The position numbers and the translations under genes are program-made. Source: a virus (lineage: Duplodnaviria > Caudoviricetes). Taken from it: a stretch of DNA of 61,923 nucleotides. The notes below the pieces were generated by a model. That model was not told the DNA's origin. It did not search any database and was given only the letters and a program-made list of their open reading frames with translations. Each line of letters starts with the position of its first letter. The stretch's first letter is position 1. Of the stretch, positions 57,121 through 61,923 are shown piece after piece. Where the stretch lies: positions 1 through 61,923 of IMG/VR virus record IMGVR_UViG_3300048591_001211. The stretch is one strand, 5' to 3'.

Positions 57121-57806
57121 CTCCCACCGTCTCTATCGTCCAGTTGACCTGCAACAACCGGCAACAGGTCCGCCGGTGCCTGCCGACGGTCGCGGCGCTC
57201 GCGGCTCGGCTCGAGGTCCGCGAGTGGATCGTCCTCGACAACGGCTCGACGGACGGCACGCTCGACGACCTGGCGGCGATCGCTGCCAACGCCCCAAAGC
57301 TGCGAGTCATCCGCGAGTCGTCCAACCTCGGTTGCGGCGGGGGCCGGGCCGTGTTGTGGCGGCAGGCCCGCGGCGAGCTCGTGTTGTCGCTCGATTCCGA
57401 CGTGACCGTCACTGACCCCGACTGCATGCCCAGGATGATCACCGACCTGGATCGGCCGGGCGTGGGCATCGTTGGGGAGCACGGAGGTTGGGTGCGCCCG
57501 GATTGGTCGTGGACCGAGGAGGCCCCACGGGACCACGTCGGGCCGGTCGCGATCGTCTGCGGGTTTGCCCAGCTTTTCCCCAGCCAGCACCTCGAGGCTT
57601 GGGAGCCTCGGCTTGAGTATGGGCCGTACTGGCTGGACGACAGCGAATGGTGCATGCAGCTTGCCGCCGCGCGCGGGCTCGGCGGCTGGATCGACCGCTA
57701 TGGGTTCAAGCACGAATGGAGCCACACAAACGGGCGAGACGAGCGGGTGCGCCGCGAAGCCTGGGCCTCATTCCGAAAGCGATGGCGACCTACGGTGCTC
57801 CTGTAG
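57117..57806 (+). CDS. Glycosyltransferase family 2
   Basis: VSIV, VLDNGSTDGT, NLG..GGR and LDSD motifs. Confidence 0.88.
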   Translation: MTPTVSIVQLTCNNRQQVRRCLPTVAALAARLEVREWIVLDNGSTDGTLDDLAAIAANAPKLRVIRESSNLGCGGGRAVLWRQARGELVLSLDSDVTVTDPDCMPRMITDLDRPGVGIVGEHGGWVRPDWSWTEEAPRDHVGPVAIVCGFAQLFPSQHLEAWEPRLEYGPYWLDDSEWCMQLAAARGLGGWIDRYGFKHEWSHTNGRDERVRREAWASFRKRWRPTVLL

Positions 57807-57959
57807 GAATGGGTGGCCTTGAGGCCGCCTCGCGGCACCTCGAGCAGACAAGCCATATCACCCCCAGCTAACTCCGTGCGGCTACAATCTGAGCCCGTCA
57901 GATGCCGAGGGCGGGCAGGATCTATCGTTTACCGCCATAGCCACAAAGCCAGAACGGAG

Positions 57960-58622
57960 ATGGAATTTGCAATGAGCGACACACAAGTACCCCTATCGGT
58001 AGTCCTGGCCGAACTCCTTCGGATCCAGCGTTGGGCAGGAGGTGACAGCGTTTCATCGGCTCGCATTTTTGGCCTTATGCACGGCGTGGAGTCCGTGATT
58101 CGGAAGGAGCATGAGTCGTTTGGCATCAGCGAGGAAACGCAAGATAAGGTAGAGGACCTTCTTGAAGACATCGAGTCCGGAAAGCAGTCAATCAACGACA
58201 TGGCGATCAAGGACCGGTTGGACAGGGACGGTGTGCGCGAAACGCAAGCGGCGACGGTCATCGAACTGTGTCGCCTACAAGGCAGATTTACCGATGCTGT
58301 TGAACAACTCATCGGAAACCCGAGTGCAACTTTTGGCTATCTGCAACGATCAGTGCCGCCCGAGCATAGCTGGTTTGGGTCCCTGCACTACATGGAGCTT
58401 GTGGACTGTACGGAGGGTGCAAAAAAGAAGATGCACGCCGTTGTTGCTGCCAGTGTTCCACGAGTGGGCGAGACGATTACGCCGCAAAGTGGCTCAACGA
58501 TGCATGTTGTTGGAGTAGACTATGTGATTGTTAATCAATCGAGGCAGGAGGGGTTATCGCAACACGCTCTCGTGCCCCATGTGCTTCTTGAAGGGCTTGA
58601 GTCAGGCGAGGCTAGAACCTGA
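57960..58622 (+). CDS. Hypothetical protein (lower-GC, moron-like)
   Basis: Stand-alone ORF of about 220 aa with visibly more A/T. Confidence 0.6.
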   Translation: MEFAMSDTQVPLSVVLAELLRIQRWAGGDSVSSARIFGLMHGVESVIRKEHESFGISEETQDKVEDLLEDIESGKQSINDMAIKDRLDRDGVRETQAATVIELCRLQGRFTDAVEQLIGNPSATFGYLQRSVPPEHSWFGSLHYMELVDCTEGAKKKMHAVVAASVPRVGETITPQSGSTMHVVGVDYVIVNQSRQEGLSQHALVPHVLLEGLESGEART

Positions 58623-58731
58623 CCGGCAATCAGGCTGCTGCTTCACAACTCGCGTCGGGCTCACCAGCGGGGCAAAGCAATCACGGAAGGCTGCGGACTT
58701 CGTCGCCTGGGTGACCTGGTGTGCGAGCCCA

Positions 58732-58878
58732 CTACCGATTCCAAAAAACTGCCGCTATGACGCCCAGAAATCCTGCCGCCACGATCGCGACGAGGCCGAC
58801 CTGCACCGCCACGGTCGCCCATGCCGCGGCGCTGATAATTCGCAGCCAGAGAGGGTTACGCGTCCTGCCGTTGCTCAT
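58732..58878 (-). CDS. Small membrane protein (48 aa)
   Basis: Hand-translated MSNGRTRNPLWLRIISAAAWATVAVQVGLVAIVAAGFLGVIAAVFWNR. Confidence 0.5.
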   Translation of the reverse strand: MSNGRTRNPLWLRIISAAAWATVAVQVGLVAIVAAGFLGVIAAVFWNR

Positions 58879-58880
58879 GC

Positions 58881-59189
58881 TCACCACCATCCGGTTTCCT
58901 TGACCACCGCGGCCTCCTCGTCGGAGATCTCTCGAGCCGAGAATCGGTCCACCAGCGATGCCAGGCTTTCGAGCCCGGGCACGCCCTTTCGCTTCAATTC
59001 GCGAAGCTCCAGCAGAACGGCCGTCAGATTACCACCTAGGGCAACGCACTCGCAGAGGAAAACGTCCTCGTCTTGCGAGAAGCTACGCGCTAGGCAGTCG
59101 CGCGCCATGAGCACCGACTCAGGCTCCGGCGTCTCGGCGAGGAGCCAGATCCGACGCAGCGGCTTCGGCGGCTCGTGTTCGTCGTTCAT
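58881..59189 (-). CDS. Hypothetical protein
   Basis: TGATG-coupled to the Prim-Pol gene. Confidence 0.5.
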   Translation of the reverse strand: MNDEHEPPKPLRRIWLLAETPEPESVLMARDCLARSFSQDEDVFLCECVALGGNLTAVLLELRELKRKGVPGLESLASLVDRFSAREISDEEAAVVKETGWW

Positions 59190-59740
59190 CACGTTACCCC
59201 CGCAACGACTCGGATAGGTGGCCAGAAGCTTTCCGAACGCGGAGTCGTCTTGTCGACCGATCGCCGCTGCCGTGAAGCGGTTTCGAAGCTCGCTACGGAC
59301 GGCGCGTGGCCAGCGGCATTGACGTCTTCCCGAGTCCACGCGATGGAGTCCGGATAGGCACGCACGTATCCACCCTCGCCTCTGCGATCGACTCCCGGCA
59401 TGCCATTCAGGCCGGTCGTGTTCCGCTCTCCAGCGTGCCGGAAGACCAGGTGTACGCCTCGCTTGGTTCGTTGCCGAAGGTCCGATTGCACACCGCGAGC
59501 CTCGCACATCGCTGCGGCTTCCGGGCTGTCGCAGTCGATCACCGTGATGCCGCTGATCGCTCCGGTGACAATCGCCGGCTCGAAGTCGTTCACGCCGAAC
59601 CACTCGACGAGCTCCGCGTCCGTCGGCCGCTCGGCCTGGAGCCGCTTCCACTTCCTGGCCGGACGCTTGCCACCTGGAAGCAACGGCAGGACGCAGAAGC
59701 CCTCGGACGAAAGATGGCGAGCCAGATCGAGAGCGCTCAT
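59189..59740 (-). CDS. Bifunctional DNA primase/polymerase (Prim-Pol) domain protein
   Basis: VLPL.PG.K.P, AIVTG..SG..VIDCD, T.RG.H..F and D.RGEGGYV motifs. Confidence 0.85.
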   Translation of the reverse strand: MSALDLARHLSSEGFCVLPLLPGGKRPARKWKRLQAERPTDAELVEWFGVNDFEPAIVTGAISGITVIDCDSPEAAAMCEARGVQSDLRQRTKRGVHLVFRHAGERNTTGLNGMPGVDRRGEGGYVRAYPDSIAWTREDVNAAGHAPSVASFETASRQRRSVDKTTPRSESFWPPIRVVAGVT

Positions 59741-59955
59741 ATGGCGACCTGCGCTGCTGACCTGATCTGCCGCAGAGCTTCGATCGCCTCTGGCTTCGTG
59801 TCGTACGAGCCGGCGCTCCAGCGAGTGCCGTCCGGGCTGGTGCCGAAAATCTCGAACCAGTAGCAGACGCCTCGGCTTCGCGGGTCGGAAATCTTCTTGA
59901 TCGTGGATCGGGCCTTCATCGCGGCGGCCTCCGTGCAGGTGGTCGTTCGTGTCAT
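59737..59955 (-). CDS. Hypothetical protein
   Basis: ATGA-coupled; first gene after the leftward promoter. Confidence 0.5.
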   Translation of the reverse strand: MTRTTTCTEAAAMKARSTIKKISDPRSRGVCYWFEIFGTSPDGTRWSAGSYDTKPEAIEALRQIRSAAQVAI

Positions 59956-59961
59956 GCCAGC

Positions 59962-59993
59962 AGTCTACCTATTGTCGCCGAATCGGCAATAGG
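59962..59993 (-). promoter_or_regulatory. Leftward promoter overlapped by an inverted repeat
   Basis: Minus strand TTGCCG-N16-TAGACT; inverted repeat CCTATTGTCG-N6-CGGCAATAGG at 59968-59993. Confidence 0.55.
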
Positions 59994-60027
59994 AATGCGA
60001 CGATTTCGCGACGCGAGCGTAGAGACC

Positions 60028-60261
60028 CTACTTCTTTCGGCGTTTCTTGCCGAAGGTCGGGTTGCCGGGGCCAGGCCGGATGGCCTCCTGGAGTTTCGCA
60101 AGCCCTTCGGCGCGGACAGCCACAACGCGTCCGCCCTCAACCAGGACCGCAAATCGAGCCAGCGACGGGTCCTTGAGCGCCCGTTGAATCGAGCGTGCCG
60201 ACCGTTCAATGCGGCGAGCCGCTTCGGCGATCGACACGTTTGCTTCGGTAGCCTTTGCCAT
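60028..60261 (-). CDS. Small HTH DNA-binding protein
   Basis: VSIAEAARRIERSARSIQR motif. Confidence 0.55.
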   Translation of the reverse strand: MAKATEANVSIAEAARRIERSARSIQRALKDPSLARFAVLVEGGRVVAVRAEGLAKLQEAIRPGPGNPTFGKKRRKK

Positions 60262-60319
60262 GCGAGTGACGATAGCGGCGCCGGTTTTGACGGTCAACGC
60301 GAGCCCGCTGCGGGCGACG

Positions 60320-61543
60320 CTACCACCGCCGCCTTCGCGGGCGTGAACGAGTGTGGCCATTCACCCAACGTCCTCGCTTGTTGACGTAACCTCGCACATA
60401 CACCGGGCCAGTGCTGTACGAACCAGCGCCGGACCAGTTGATCCATGGCTGGGCGGGCACGTAAGCGGCAGCTGGAACCTCTGGTTTCCAGTCCAGGGTG
60501 GCGAGCTGAAATAGCCCGCAGTACGGGCATATCACTCCGCCTGAATACACATGCAGATCAAACCAGTAACGCCTTCCGCACCCCGAGCACCGACATGCCG
60601 ACCTGCCTCCCCCGCGTCGAGTCGAGCCACGCAGAAGATTTAGAAGCGACCTTGCGACGCGCGCCCGATGAAGGCTCCCGCGGGGTTGGTGATCCACAAG
60701 CCGCATGGCGGTGCAGAGAGCCATAGCGTCCTGCTCAGGGCTCGGGTCTCCAACCGCAACGTCATCGGGGTCGTCCGAGAAGCTGCCAACGGCGCCAGCG
60801 GGAGGCGGTGTCAAAGACGAAGCCAAAGACGCCGCCTCCCTGTGAGCCAATTCTAAGGCTGCGCGGTCGCGAGCACGGCCCTCGGTGCAGTCGTAGAGAG
60901 TGCTGTCGGCGCCCGCGAGCAGAAGTAGGCTGCCAACCGCCGAACCTATTGCGAACCAGGCGAGAGCACCGATCGCGCTGCCGCTGGCGAAAAGCCCTGA
61001 TACCCCGGCAATAAACCCGAGAATCTGCACTACGAGGAAACGCGAGCCAATGACCGCATCGACAGACAATCGCATCTTGCGGAGCCAAAGAAGGAAGCGC
61101 TCCGTCGCCGTGTACGTCAGCACCGGGCTCCACCCATCGATCTCCTGCCGGGCGGACTCTTCGTCCTTTGCCAAAACATGATCTTCGCATAACGCACCGC
61201 GGAACAGATCTACGACGGTCCTCTCTGAGTCGTTCGTGCTGTAGCACACAAGCTCGTCGCAGGCGTCGACAAGCGCCGTCCCTAGTGATGTTCCCTTCAG
61301 TTCACAAAGTAGCGGGACCAGTTCGCGTGCCACCGAAACCGCGTTTGCAGCGTGGATAGCTTTGCACGCGTCGATGACAGCATCACGGAATCTATCGGGC
61401 GAAGCACTCTGACCGCTGCCAACGAGAACGTCGTAGGCTGCGTCAATCTCGCTGCTCGTCACTCTTCCGTCCGCGGCTATCACGCAGCAGATAGCGCGAA
61501 CCGCAACTCGCCATTTGGGATTGGGGGAAGCGACTTCTTCCAT
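60320..61543 (-). CDS. TerB-like domain membrane protein with Zn ribbon
   Basis: VIAADGRV..SEI, two TM helices, CSGC...CPYC and C-terminal VYVRGY....G.WV.GH.RS.P. Confidence 0.6.
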   Translation of the reverse strand: MEEVASPNPKWRVAVRAICCVIAADGRVTSSEIDAAYDVLVGSGQSASPDRFRDAVIDACKAIHAANAVSVARELVPLLCELKGTSLGTALVDACDELVCYSTNDSERTVVDLFRGALCEDHVLAKDEESARQEIDGWSPVLTYTATERFLLWLRKMRLSVDAVIGSRFLVVQILGFIAGVSGLFASGSAIGALAWFAIGSAVGSLLLLAGADSTLYDCTEGRARDRAALELAHREAASLASSLTPPPAGAVGSFSDDPDDVAVGDPSPEQDAMALCTAMRLVDHQPRGSLHRARVARSLLNLLRGSTRRGGGRSACRCSGCGRRYWFDLHVYSGGVICPYCGLFQLATLDWKPEVPAAAYVPAQPWINWSGAGSYSTGPVYVRGYVNKRGRWVNGHTRSRPRRRRW

Positions 61544-61574
61544 CTGGGATCGTTCTGGAACGATTGTGGAAAGC

Positions 61575-61923
61575 CTACTGTCGGACCTCGAGCACGAACG
61601 GCTTTTCCACTTCGACGGGCGCCCCGTTGGTTGGCAGGTAGCGGACCACCGATACCTTCGCCTTGCCGGCCGTGTCGTTCAGCGGGATTGGGGCGACAAC
61701 CTCTCGGAATGATTTCGGAGGAACGGGAGACTGGTGCAAGAACACCTTCACGTTGCCGTCGCCAAGGATTCCATTCGCCGGATTGTCGAATTTGTCGAAC
61801 AATTCAACGCGAATCTCAGCGGCGTCGATCTCCATTGCGGATGCGTTGCACAGTGAAATCACGATCTCAAGGCGGCCGATTGCGTTTGGGCGGATAGAGC
61901 CCTCGGCTGCAATGATGGCGCCG
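61575..61923 (-). CDS. Hypothetical protein, probably truncated by the window edge
   Basis: ORF 61575..61862 whose frame stays open toward the window end. Confidence 0.4.
   Translation of the reverse strand, partial: GAIIAAEGSIRPNAIGRLEIVISLCNASAMEIDAAEIRVELFDKFDNPANGILGDGNVKVFLHQSPVPPKSFREVVAPIPLNDTAGKAKVSVVRYLPTNGAPVEVEKPFVLEVRQ

Larger units (their letters stand above)
15182..57806. mobile_element. Prophage, HK97-like siphovirus, adjacent to tRNA-Ala; right boundary uncertain
   Basis: Continuous phage synteny: regulator, recombination, replication, HNH-terS-terL-portal-protease-capsid, connectors, chaperones, tape measure and tail genes. No integrase was seen. Confidence 0.92.

Noticed and set aside
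1-61923. CRISPR array, rRNA or IS transposase
   Set aside because: I saw no regularly spaced repeat-spacer array, rRNA-like sequence or transposase motifs.

Overview
This is high-GC bacterial DNA, probably from a planctomycete (inferred from a giant repeat-rich surface protein, a BBP7-like beta-barrel and a tandem-fused double UvrA). Positions 1-15181 are host genes ending in tRNA-Ala(CGC). From about 15182 to at least 57.8 kb lies a largely intact HK97-type siphovirus prophage. Its modules in order are: XRE regulator, Beta-protein/sce7726 pair, operator-guarded early promoter, recombination and replication genes, an atypical lysis-position cassette, fibre-like genes, packaging, head, tail and a glycosyltransferase cluster. 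A leftward Prim-Pol/HTH/TerB-like accessory region follows. I found no integrase in the window. The best candidate for a new system is a ParB-like + ABC-ATPase/GNAT + formyltransferase cassette between HNH/cos and terS, possibly packaging-linked DNA modification. Other highlights are a Tad1-like anti-defence sponge next to a CarF/TMEM189 desaturase, a protease + thioredoxin lysis-like cassette with no glycosidase or amidase endolysin, and a phage-specific promoter motif (TGAGCGACGG-N17-TAnnnT) present three times. All family calls come from motif recognition by eye; no database searches were run.
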